NCBI RefSeq assembly: GCF_036321535.1
Contig: NC_087436.1
Span: forward strand, 14,942,001-15,006,000
Source: Camelus dromedarius
Taxonomy: Eukaryota
Length of the DNA stretch: 64,000 nucleotides
Reading direction: 5' to 3'
Shown: piece by piece, positions 53,000-64,000 of the stretch
How the letters are laid out: each line of letters starts with the position of its first letter
Position numbering within the stretch: the stretch's first letter is position 1
Translations under genes and position numbers: made by a program
Notes under the pieces: generated by a model
Seen by the model: only the letters and a program-made list of their open reading frames with translations
What the model was told of the DNA's origin: nothing
Databases searched by the model: none

Positions 53000-53870
53000 T
53001 GCAGCAAAGCCGCTGCTGGTCTTCTGACGGCTCACCTGCGGGAACGCCTCGGCGGGGCACCTCAGAAACTGAGAACCTGCTTCTCCCGTTTCTAAGGTGA
53101 CGTGTGGGTTATTTGCCGTGCAGGTGTTTACACCACACACTCAGCAGCCACGTTGCTTCCTTTCTGTTAAACTATTGATTCTTTCTCTTGGCAGCTGAAG
53201 GGAGGCTTTGATGTGGGGATACGTTGTAGTTTCTGAAGGAGGGAGACGTGGGTGGGAGGATTTACAGCTGTTTGAAGAATTCCTCCGCCTCAGCGATTGT
53301 TCTAGAGGGAGGAGCCACTGGTGTATTTTCCCGGCTGCGGGCAGCTTTCCTGAACCCTGTTTCTCTCCAAGAAGGAGAGGAGGGAAACTGAAGTGCTTCC
53401 AAATAAAGATCTGAGTAATGAGATTGGATCTGAAGGGATTTGGTATTAAACTCCAAGAATTTCCAGATGCCATCCAGGGCACCGGCAGATTCTGGTCCTT
53501 CCGGGCAGGGGAAGGGGCTGCTCTGCGGGGGCGGGGGGGAGGAAGGGAGGTGTTTATTGGTCCCTTCTCCACCCCTTTTCCCTTTTACATTTTTCTGCCA
53601 TGAAAGACTTCCGCAGTTGTGTTGCAGCAACTCTCAGCGAGTGAAGAGTGCTTTCTGGGGACCGCGGCTTTGTTAAGTAGATCTGCAGTGATACAGTAGA
53701 GATTTTAATGTGCAGCGCTGTGTTTTAATAGACTATTAAACTCCAGCATTACACATTAGTTGGCTATGGTGCAATTGCAGACATATCGAAGATGTGCTCT
53801 CGGGAAAGCACTATTTACTTTAATGGGGAGATGCAGTAATCGACTGAAAATCTCTGCAAAGAGAGCACAA
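53000..53870. promoter_or_regulatory. CpG-enriched patch plus AT-rich unique block, putative enhancer
   Basis: Scattered CpGs, GC box at ~53527, repeated TTTTAAT/ATTA motifs at 53690-53850; no repeat recognised. Confidence 0.3.
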
Positions 53871-54949
53871 GGGGAAGGGGGAGGGACCCAAGGGCGGTGA
53901 CCTGGGCTGAAGCCAACCCTCTTCTCATTCCCAGTACCTGAGCCTGGGTTGGCAAGTCCTGGCTGTTTTGCAACCAACCCAGCACTAGCTGGCTTGCAGC
54001 TCCCCATTACAGAAGATTCGGAGAAAGCTGTGCGTTTCATAATCACCTGGTACCCCAAGCCCATTCTGATTGGCCTCAAGTTTGGAGTGACTTTGAGGCA
54101 TGGGGTCATTTACGTTAGTTTATCAGGGACTAGAGCTTTCCTTTTCCTGGTTTGCTCTGTTCTATGGCCAGAGTGACAGGTGCACAAGGTAGGTGATGTT
54201 CTTTAGAAAAGTCATTTTGCTCCAGGACTTTTCTCTTCTCAATGCCGGCAACCCAGCACACACTCACAGGCACGTGGTCACGCACACCAGCTTTTTGTAA
54301 GGAACTCAGCCTCTCAGAGTCTGTTCCCCTCTCATCCCTTCAGAGAAGGCTGGGCCTCATCTCTCCCAGGAGAAAACCAGCAGCTTTCTGATCGGCTGTG
54401 ATGTCAGATGTGGACTCAGTAGCTAAAGGTTCGGATCCAGCTGGTACGCAAAATAAAACTCTGGGCACGTTCCTGCCCATGGTCTTACTCGGCAGTAGAA
54501 ATAAACCTTGAGAACAAGTCTTACCCAGATGAGAGCTGTGAACAGCATTTTCCAAAAAATCTCTCTTATCTGCTGTGCCTTTTCCTGCAGTGCCTTCCTG
54601 CAGTACAGCAACATTTAAAAACCAAATTGCAAATTCTAAAAAGAGGTCGGTGCTTTCTCAGGATCTGTTCCCCCAAACACACTCATTACGCAAACCCAGG
54701 CCCTCAGGAAGCCTGGAGGAGGCAGGAAGAAACAGAAAGACAAGGGAAAATAGCCCCCCCCAAATCAGTAGTACAACAAGACTTCCCCATCTGCCTAGCT
54801 AGTTTGCTCATTCAGCCTTGGAAGTAATCGCTTTCTTACTTTCTTACTCACTCAGTGACATTTTATTCTGGGTGCACAGACAAGAATGTTAATTCCGTTG
54901 GTGCTCCCTTCCATGTGTTATGGAGTCAGGTGAAGGGCTCTCTTTTTCT

Positions 54950-55103
54950 TTTTTCTTTATTTTATTTTATTTTTTTAAATTAAAAAAAAAATGAGGGGAG
55001 GTAATTAGGTTTTTATTTATTTATTTTAATGGAGGTACTGAGGATTGAACCCAGGACCTTGTGCATGCTAAGCGCACGCTCTACTGCTGAGCTATAAGCT
55101 CCC
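54950..55103 (-). mobile_element. tRNA-derived SINE (vic-1-like)
   Basis: ggaggtactgaggattgaacccaggaccttgtgcatgctaagc; imperfect TSD gctct..tttttctttttt. Confidence 0.9.
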
Positions 55104-55949
55104 TGCTCTTTTTCTTTTTTAGGTAGGCAGGTTGCCAGCCACAGGGTAGGATTGGCTTCTTACAGCCCTGGCCTGTCACCCCACCTTTATAGCTTCATCC
55201 CTCTGGGGCTTGGAGTCAATGACACAGACAAGAAGGGAGCTCCACCGACAGCTTCTTTAAAGCTTTTGAAAAAATATGTTATAAAAATAACATGCCTAAG
55301 GTTAAACAGTATTTCCCCCAACAGCACAGGAAAGTATAAAATATAAAGGAAAAATATTCTTCATTTATCTTCCCCCTGATCTAACTCCTCAAAGGGAGCC
55401 ACCATGAACAACTCCAGTGTTTGGGTTTTTTTTAAATCATGTTTTAATCATTATTATGACTTTATAGGATATATAGTCTTTGTTTCAACTCAAGAAGCTA
55501 TCTAACATATAGCCATGCATAGCTACAGCATATCCTATGATGGAAAGAGACAGAAATGTACCTCTCCACCTTGGTTGTCCCTCTACTTCTTAAACTGGCT
55601 CAAGATCTCTAGGTAACACCTTAGAGCTAATTGCAATCTTGGCAACAATTGAGAGTGAGCTAAAAACACTTAGGTGAGGGGCGGAGGAGCTAAATAGGAA
55701 AGACCGGAGAGGAAGGAGGGAAATCCAAGAGGGGAGAGGGAAGGAGCTGTAGTGAATTTCTTTTACTGCATGGCTTTGTCTGGCCATGATTTTCCCCCGT
55801 TAGTGAAAGGATTATAGATGTAGGAAGGAGGAGAGCTTTGATGGGCAAGGTGAGGGCTTGCTTTAAGAACCTCTACTATCTTGCATTCGTCTCCATCCAT
55901 TAAAAAACATGTCTATTCATGCCAGCAGTAAGTAGTTCGCTGCACCTTG

Positions 55950-56350
55950 TGGGAGACTGCATTAATGGCACAGTCCTCCGCCCCTTCTTGCGTCCATGCC
56001 CTTTGCCATGTGACTTTGCAGTCTCCTATTTTGCGGGTGGAGTGCAGTTCCCATCCCTGGGCTTAGCCTTGCATCGTTCCTCATTGACCAACAGGATATC
56101 AGCAGACCAAGCACAGGCGTGCTGCCTTGCTTCCTCATGTGCTTCTGACATCACCGTGAGAAGGACTAGCCCTCCGTTCCCAGAGGTATAGGACAAACCA
56201 CAGAGCAGAGTTGTCCCAAGTGAGTGCAGAGGCACGAGCCAGCTGAGGGGAGATCAGCCAGGGCCAGCCTAGGTCAACTAGAGCCCACAGACCAGTGAAA
56301 AACAAAGGGTGATGGTGGTAGGCCACCGTTTTGTGGCAAAGCTAAATGGT
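55950..56350 (+). mobile_element. MaLR LTR, old MLT1-like
   Basis: catgccctttgccatgtgactttgcagt...ttgtggcaaagctaa. Confidence 0.7.
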
Positions 56351-57279
56351 ACCCACGCCTACGATCTTCCAGGAACTATTCAGAACCCTGGAGAGAGCAG
56401 CAGAGAATACAGCTGAGCCACAACTCTCACAGAGCCGATGCTCCAATAGAGCACTTTACATACATGTATCCTTACACACTTGATCCTCCAGAGCTCAGGT
56501 GGCAATCCCATTTTGTGGATGAGGAAACCGTGCCTCGAAAGGGCTAACTTGCTTGCTAATGAGAACAACCTAGTAAGTGCCAGAGTTGCGATCTGAACTC
56601 AGATCTCTGACTCCAAGGGCTACACTTCTTCCACTGTTCCAAAGCAACCCCCGCCTTCTGCTGAAGTCAGCACCTCTCGTGGGAGTTACAGAGGGAGCTG
56701 ACCTGGGTGGGAGGACAGATGGGAGCTGCATGTCTGACCCAAAGAGGACTGCTCTGTTATCGACAAAATGAGAAACAACTCTCATTTTTATCCCCTGAAA
56801 TTGTTCCTCCTTGCAATTAAACCAAGCTCTGTTTACAAGTATTTAGTGTGATTCTAGAAATTACATTTTGAAATTATGCGAACAGAGAGAGAAGGCAGCC
56901 CACACAGTGAGCGATTTCTTGTGGGTAATTGGCTGCTGGTTCTGGCTCCAGTGATGCCTTCTCTTTTGGAGCATAATTAGTGATTTCAAAAGACACTGTT
57001 AGAAATGGCCCAGGTCTCTAAAGAAAGGCTTTTCTAGCTCTTAACATTAGGAGATCTACTCAAATCCATGCTGACAAATTTCCCTTTTTGTTTTTCTCCT
57101 TTTTGGAATGAACTCTCAAGCTATTTTCCAAAGCTTGGAAAGGATGTGGATGTATAGAAATCTCCCAGATATAAAAGAAATCCTAGATTCCCATCAGAAA
57201 ACTTAGACTCTCTTCCTTCCTTCCTTCTTTTCTTAATTTCTTAGAAAGACACAGAATATTTGGATATGAACAAGATGCA

Positions 57280-57700
57280 TTCATTAAGATTAGGTTCAAA
57301 AGTTAAACAAAATGAAAGTTTATTTCTCTCCCCTATTAGGAAATCTTTAGGCAGTCATGGGCTGCTATGTTGTCCATGTGCAGCAAAAACCAGGCTCCTT
57401 CTATCTCTTATCCTCAAGGTCACCTAATGACTCAAGATGGCTGCTGGAGATTCAGCCGTTACATCCACATTCAGGGACCAGGAAGGACGGCTAGTTCTTC
57501 CCAACTGAGTTAGTTACTTTTAAGGAGATTTACCTGAAGTCCCACAAAACCTTTCTACTTAAACACATTGACCAGAACAGAGGCCTGAAGCCCTATCTAG
57601 CTGTAAGAGAGGCTGGGATCAGTGCAGCAACCTATAGGGTTCTGTTGCTAAGGAGGAAGAGAAGAATGCATATTGGGGCAGGAAACTAGTTTCTGCCACA
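57280..57700 (-). mobile_element. MaLR LTR, MLT1J-like
   Basis: caagatggctgctggagattcagccgttacatccacattc; cattgaccagaac. Confidence 0.7.
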
Positions 57701-57704
57701 AATG

Positions 57705-58085
57705 TAACAATGGAGAAATGTGGACATGTAAACTGAATGAAGATACAGTTTGGTTGGTTTGAAACTAATCTCAGCATCAAGCCAGGAGCTTGGGATGTAA
57801 AAGAGCTTTATCTTTTGCCCCACTCTGTTCAATAGTGTTATCCATGATGCAGGTGAAGACTTTGAGAGCCCTCTGTCCATCTCTGCTGATGGCATAGACC
57901 AGGAAGTTTAGCTACTCTATCAGATAATAGAATCAGGATCCTGAAGCCCTGGAAAGGCTAAGGTACTGGGCAGGAAATAACAAGGGAAAATGTAACAGGA
58001 GAAAATGTAAAATTTGGTATTCAGATCTGAAAAACAAACTGCATGAGTGCAGGTTGAAAGAGACATGGCTTAGCTGCAGAGTTCA
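57705..58085 (+). mobile_element. L3/CR1 LINE reverse-transcriptase relic
   Basis: Translates PTLFNSVIHDAGEDFESPLSISADG, matching CR1 PVLFNIFINDL...SKFADD; followed by aatgtaacaggagaaaatgtaaa. Confidence 0.8.
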
Positions 58086-59946
58086 TCCCTCTGTGTTAAA
58101 AGCGGGATAGGGCTCAGAAAAGATGTAATCGGATCTGGCCTTTGACAGGAAGGAAAAGGAAGCTAATATTTATAGAACACCGGAATATGCCACACCCTTT
58201 GATGGGCCCCCGGCAGTGGTTCTAGAAGATAAATGTTGCTGTCCCTTGCACCAGAGAGAGTCCCAGTCATGGCCCAGTTTCACACAGCTTGTTCTCTCCT
58301 CTCTCCACTGATGTGCTGATTCTAGAAGTCCCGTTGTTTGCTGCTGGCCCAATTCCCTTTGTAGGGACCGCTCCGCTCCTTGGGGAATGAATTCTCTCTG
58401 GCTGGGAGAGCACTTTAGCCGAGTAGTGTTAACAGCAACTAGTACATCAGATTAAGCAATTAGCACTCTTTGTCGCTTAGCAGAGATCGGGGGCCCAGAG
58501 GAACCACAGCAGAACAGATAAGGTACTAAGGGGAAAAAATGGGAGGGAGACACCCTGGGGAGCAGCAGAGAGTGGCGGAGGGAACCAGATGCCTGTGAAG
58601 AGGGAAGGGGCAGTGGAGACGGAGCAGCTCGGAAGACCCGCAGCCCCTTGGCAACGTCCTTCAGGACAGATGAGGAAACTGAGGCATGGGGTCAAACAGA
58701 ATTTCCCAACTGATGTCTTCCAGCTGGCCAGCTCAGTGGTTCTGGGCTCTGGGTGCATATCAGAATAACCTGGGACTCTGAAACATGCCTAAGCTGGAGC
58801 CCCACTCCAGACCAATTGTATCAGACTGTGGGGAAGAGGTCAGGAACTGGTATTTGTAAAAGCCCCCGGGGGATCTACTGTGCACCATGGGTTGGGAGGG
58901 CTGCTCAGGCAGGAGGTGCTGGGCTGCCCTGGGAGGTGGGGGAGGCGTAGGGCTGGGCCCGGGTTGGCCTGGGAATTTCATCACTGTCAACACAGTCTTC
59001 TGCCCAGTTTCATGGCTTTGGGGGTGAAAGCAGTTTCTCATCGAAGGCTGAGAATCCCAGGAGAGTGAAGGATCGAAGATTCAGTCTGGCCTCATTATGT
59101 GTCTCCCGGGAAAAGACTGAATTCCCCTTTCTTCAGGGCCCACATCTAAAGCCCTCCCTGGCTCCATTTCTGCCTAGAATGCCCCACTCCTCCAGGAGCG
59201 GTCTTCACTCAGGCGGGTCTGAAGTGCCCACTCTTCCCTGAATTGTTCTCCAGTTTCAAGACAAGCGGGCTTTCTCCGTTTCTCTTATGATGCACGGCTG
59301 TGCAACAACCTCGGCACGCTTACTCTTTGCTGTTGCCAACGACCCCAGCTTTTACACCTGTGCCAAGCAGATCGCCAAAGAAGTTAGCGAGACAAAAGGA
59401 CTCTCGGGGCTTCCCCTGAAGATTCTAACTCCACAGGTCCAGGGTGGGCCTAGGAAGGGTGCTACTAAGAATACTGCCCACTCTGGCCAGGTTTGCCCCT
59501 TGGCCTACACAATATGGTACAAAATGTTAAGGAGGAACTCTCCTTAGAGTACAGTAGTTTTACGCAATTGTGTATGTTTGGATTACAGAGGAATCACCAG
59601 GCGTTCATATTTCTGCCCCAAGAGGAAAGGAAGCTGAAAATTAATTCTGATTTTATAGATATTCCATCTTAGATCTCTATGAGATAATATCATCATAGGA
59701 TGTATGAAACAGGAACTGGCAAAATCGCCTCGAAGAGGACTCGAGTTCAGACCAAAACAGACGAGATTCTCTTTGACCTACTGACTGCAGGTTCGAATGT
59801 GTTCCCTGAGGAGGAGAAACTGGAAATTGATATCAGATCTCTGAGATATGGTATACAGAGCTGACTATGAATAAACATTGCAATAAAGCTTATATTTCTA
59901 GAATGTTCTTAGTCTAGAATGTGGGTTCAAGTGATTGTCTTTTTCT

Positions 59947-60080
59947 TTTGTTTGTTTTTGTTTTGGGGGGTAATTAGGTTTATTTATTTACTTATTTATT
60001 CTAATGGAGGTACTGGAGATTGAACCCAGGACCTTGTGCATACTAAGCATGCACTCTACCACTGAGCTGTACCCTTCCCA
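59947..60080 (-). mobile_element. tRNA-derived SINE (vic-1-like) with 11-bp TSD
   Basis: TSD tgtctttttct at 59936-59946 and 60082-60092. Confidence 0.95.
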
Positions 60081-60749
60081 CTGTCTTTTTCTCTTTGGGT
60101 AATATTTCAAGATTAAAAAAAAAAACACCGCAGGCACTGATTATGAATATGTAGATTCAAATTACGGGCTACATTCAGACTATTATAGTCAAGATTTAGT
60201 GCCCAGGAAACCAGGAAAGCAGTGGTGCTTCCAGTCGACGTCCCCAGCTGGGCTGACCTGTAGAAGATCTGCCTCATGTTAGCCCTTGTGGGGCGCGAGC
60301 AAAGGCTTTGTCGGAAAGTGCACTGAATGTCACTTAGCCAGCTTTGCCCATGTGTCTGTGTTCATAGAGGCTTAAACTGAAAGTTCCTGGGGGGCAGGAA
60401 TTAGGCTCTCTAGGTTTTCTCCAACAACTTGCATCAACTGGATGGTAATCCGGATTAGAAATATACCCTCTCACCAACAGACTGAAACCCAAGCAGCCCT
60501 TCTCCACTTCATCCCAGAACTCCATCATGGGTAGTAATCTTCCTCCTCTTCACTTGAAATGCTTTATGAGAAAAGGAAGATGAAACAAATACAGCCAATT
60601 GGGAGACAGAAAGCCTATGGCTAAAGCTGGATTGACCTACGTTCCTTTGGGTTGGGTAATTCAGTCTCCACATTTCTCTAAGAGCTGAATCTTGGCTAAT
60701 TATTCCTCTGGGAGGATTATGATCAAGGAGTTGTGTTTGTGCAGGTACT

Positions 60750-60942
60750 AATTACTATATGTAAAGTAGATGAACAAGGTCCTACTGCGTAGCACAGGGA
60801 ACTATATTCAACACCTTGTAATAACCTATAATGAAAAAGAATATGAAAAGGAATATGTGTGTATAACTGAATCACTGTGCTGTACACCAGAAATTAACAC
60901 AACATTGTAAACTGACTGTACTTCAATTTAAAAAAAAAAAAA
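60750..60942 (+). mobile_element. L1 3'-end fragment with poly(A)
   Basis: aacaaggtcctactgcgtagcacagggaactatattcaa...acttcaatttaaaaaaaaaaaaa. Confidence 0.9.
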
Positions 60943-60952
60943 GAGAGAGTAG

Positions 60953-61870
60953 CTATGTTTGGAAGCAAAAGCAGGCAAATAAACATTTTATTTGTTGCAT
61001 ATGGAGACCCAAAGGGAAGCCAGGGGTCGGGGGGAGGGACCAGATCAGTAGAGAGTGGGGCCAACTTCTGATGGGATTTGAATTCCCGCTGGAGGTGGGA
61101 TCTAGATCAGATCTCTGACTTAAAGTGCTGAGGGTGCTGGTCTTCATGCTCCGAGAGCTGACCCTTTTGCTCCCAAAGCTCCGTGGAAAGCAATCAGAAC
61201 CACTTAAACCTGACATTTCTAAAGCTGAGAGCAGTCTCTTCATGTGCCTGTTAAAGTATTGATTAGATTTGCTCAGGAAGTTTTCTACCAGAGAGAGAGA
61301 ACTGCCAAGGATGTTTGCATCTATTTTGAAGCTCTTGGACGTGCAAGGATTTGAGGTCCCCATAATGGATGTCCGCTTCTCCCTGGCACTCAGGGAAGCC
61401 CAACGCTCCAGAGAGGTCCTTGAAACTTGCCCCTCAATGACAAGTTATTGGTTTTCCCAGAAGAGGCCTTGAATCTCCAACTTCCCTGCTTCTCCCCTGC
61501 GAAGCCCTCGTAAGACCCTGCTGCTAAATTTATAGTCCTTCATGGTGGGCTTTTGGAAGATAGGTGGATTCTAATCTCCTTGAGGACTCTCTTGCAGCCT
61601 TTAGCATTCCCCCCTTGCAATCCCCCACCCTCACCACGGCTGTCAAAGTGTGTGGTGTGCAGAAGCCCCTGCTGTCACCTCCATGGGGGAAAGAAAACTC
61701 AGGTGTGAAGTCAGAATGAGCCAAAGTGAGTGCAGTGGAGGAGGCTGCGCTGGGAAGAAGCTGGGACACTGGTCTTGAGCTGGAATCACACTTACCCTTT
61801 TGGGACCATGAGGATGTTGTGAATATCCAGGGTGGACAGAGGGTTGCATAAAGAGCTTCCCAGGTCAAAT
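60953..61870 (-). other. Coding-like unique segment, possibly decayed exons; product unknown
   Basis: 197-codon frame from CCCACCATG at 61543 with one TAA; AATAAA on minus ~60987-60992; upstream GG|GTAAGT donor at 61795. Confidence 0.25.
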
Positions 61871-62319
61871 TTTAGAGCTCAAATTTTAGAGGGGCAGATA
61901 ATCAATTTGACACATTCCATGGCAGAAATCATTTGAAACGTTTTCCTAGATCAGGTATTTATCAATGCAGTAGGCCCTTCAAATGAGGAAGAATAAACAA
62001 GTCACTGGTAGGTAGAATTTAGATAGTCTGTAAAATCTCTGAAATCATAGTCAAGATCATGGGTGGGGTCCATAGCTTTTATCAGAATCTCAAAGAGGAA
62101 TATGGCGCTTGGAGGTTTCAGAACCACTGAATCAATGCCTCGTGCATTTGGCATCCCTACCCAGCCCCTAGCCACCAAGAGTCTTCTGGGAAATCAGAAA
62201 TAGATCCACATTGGGATAATATCAGTGCTGAGAATACTGCCCAGCCCAACCTCGTCCCCTTAAAAGTCTACCCCTAGTGGGAAAGCCGTCCTAAATAAAA
62301 CAGGAAACATAGAAATTAT

Positions 62320-63240
62320 GAAAGAAAATATAGACTGATTTTATTATGTAAAACAGAAATGTTTTTATACAGAAAAAACACTATCAACAAAATTAAAAGC
62401 AAATGATAGCCTCATAAAAATATTTATAATCTGTATAGTAAAAAGTGGATATTCTTAACATGCAAAAAAAGTTTAAAACTTGGGAAATGACCTGAAGAGT
62501 TTATTTATAGAGGAGGATATTGGAACAGGAATAAATAGGAAGACCCACAAACCTCCCTAGAGATTAGATACATACAAATGAAAACAGAGATACATTTCCC
62601 ACCAAATAGATTAGAAAAATGAAGATCAATAATGTCTAATGACTAGTCATAAACTGTTACGGGAATATAAACTGGTGTAATATTTTCAGAGAGAAATTCT
62701 ACAGAATTGAATTCTACCCAATTAAATTTAAAATGCATATAATTTTTGATCCAGAAATTTCACTTATAGGAATGTATTCCCCACAAAATTCATGCAAGTG
62801 TGTACAAAGTTTGCTGAGTTGGTATAATAGGAAAAATCTGATAGTGACATAAATATTAATTCATAGAGTAATTCATAATACATTACGGTTGATCCATGCT
62901 GTAGAATACCATGCAGCCATGAAAAAGAACAATGTCCCTCTGCACGTACTGACATGGAAGCAGGCCTATGTTATGTTATTGCACTTAAAAAAAAAGAAAT
63001 GTATGCCAATATATGATTCTATTTTTATCTTTATTATAAACCACAAAACAGTGTGCATATGCGTGAATAATGTGCGTGTGTTCATGGACACACAATTCTG
63101 ATGGGCATAGCCAGAGTTCTGGAAAAATACATATTTATCTATTAAATTATCTACATAATTTATCTATTAAATTTGTCTCCCTGTGATGTTGCGGAGTCAC
63201 TTTAAAAATCAGTTTTCAATGTATTGTTGAATTTTTTCAG
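62320..63240 (+). mobile_element. Old L1ME-like relic
   Basis: tttgatccagaaatttcacttataggaat; gaataccatgcagccatgaaaaagaac. Confidence 0.8.
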
Positions 63241-63310
63241 TCTCCATTTACTACTTTGTAATTATAAACAAATAAACAAAACTCTCCTTAGGAATGCATC
63301 CCAGCCCAGT

Positions 63311-63803
63311 TGTGATATGGTTTGTATAGATGCTGCCTTGACCCAGTTCTGAGGCCCTGGCTACAGACTGGTCTGTTTCCCTTCTTGTGTGGACAATTAA
63401 TTTCACACCTCCAATCACCTTGATGGGGTTGTCACACTCCAGGCCACTATTCACCTGCCCTTATCACCCAGGGCCAGGTACCAGACAACCAAGGACAGCC
63501 CCTAAGCCCCAGAGCCTGGTGAAATTACCCAAACGAGCCAGTCCTAAGTCTGCCTTCCCTGCCTCACATGTTCCTTCCCACGGAAGCCACAGTAAAGGCT
63601 CTCGCCCACAGTTTCACTTTCTCTCTCTGCCTTGTCATCGACGCTGGTGCTTCCTAGAGTGGTCCGGCTTGGTGCACTGTGTTCTTCCTGGAGAACTCTG
63701 AGTGTAATAATCTATACAACTCTTCCCAGCATCTCCCTCTTGATCTGCACCTGGTCTCACCATATCTCACCCAAGGTAATATGGTTGAAATAGGAGTAAA
63801 ACA
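63311..63803 (+). mobile_element. ERVL solo LTR, MER54/73/74-like
   Basis: atcacccagggccaggtaccagacaaccaaggacagccccta...ccacagtaaaggctct. Confidence 0.8.
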
Positions 63804-64000
63804 TACTTGGACATGTTTTCAAGGCATACCCCGTGGATGGATGCCCAGTGCTTCCAGAACTGCCCTCAATTTTATCTGCCTTTGCTGGCATCTCCCCTTG
63901 GCTTCCACACTCCTGATCTTTGCACAGGATCTGGTGCCTTTCCTCCCAGGGCCCGCACCTGATGCACTTTGGCTCCGTTTCCTGGCTCTGACTTTTCTTC

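Noticed and set aside
54423..54614. KVYFYCRVRP resembling the kinesin motor start
   Set aside because: Isolated short motif; no P-loop or switch motifs nearby.
61370..61440. LERWASLSAREKR resembling an HMG-box helix
   Set aside because: The rest of the HMG box is not recognisable.
1..64000. CRISPR array, operon, full provirus or non-retroviral endogenous virus
   Set aside because: No regularly spaced repeats, gag/pol/env or viral protein motifs seen; only solo LTRs.

Overview
Mammalian, repeat-rich, apparently intergenic or intronic DNA. It is most likely camelid, because six copies of a short tRNA-derived SINE match the camelid vic-1 type. I find no intact protein-coding gene, RNA gene or CRISPR array. 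The window is mostly interspersed repeats (L1, L2, L3/CR1, HAL1-like, MIR, ERV1/ERVL/MaLR solo LTRs, hAT and Tigger relics), an orphan CpG island at about 20.3-21.1 kb, and several enhancer-like unique stretches. The best lead is a decayed, apparently intronless minus-strand segment at about 43.6-44.6 kb. Its translation keeps the cysteine spacing and motifs of a TGF-beta-superfamily cystine-knot ligand, closest to the GDNF family, preceded by a signal/prodomain-like frame: a candidate lost growth-factor gene. Also present are a second coding-like relic (about 61-61.9 kb), three short non-tandem local duplications, a twin-primed L1 and a nested repeat stack. Repeat names and reference protein sequences are from recall, not database searches, and most boundaries are approximate.
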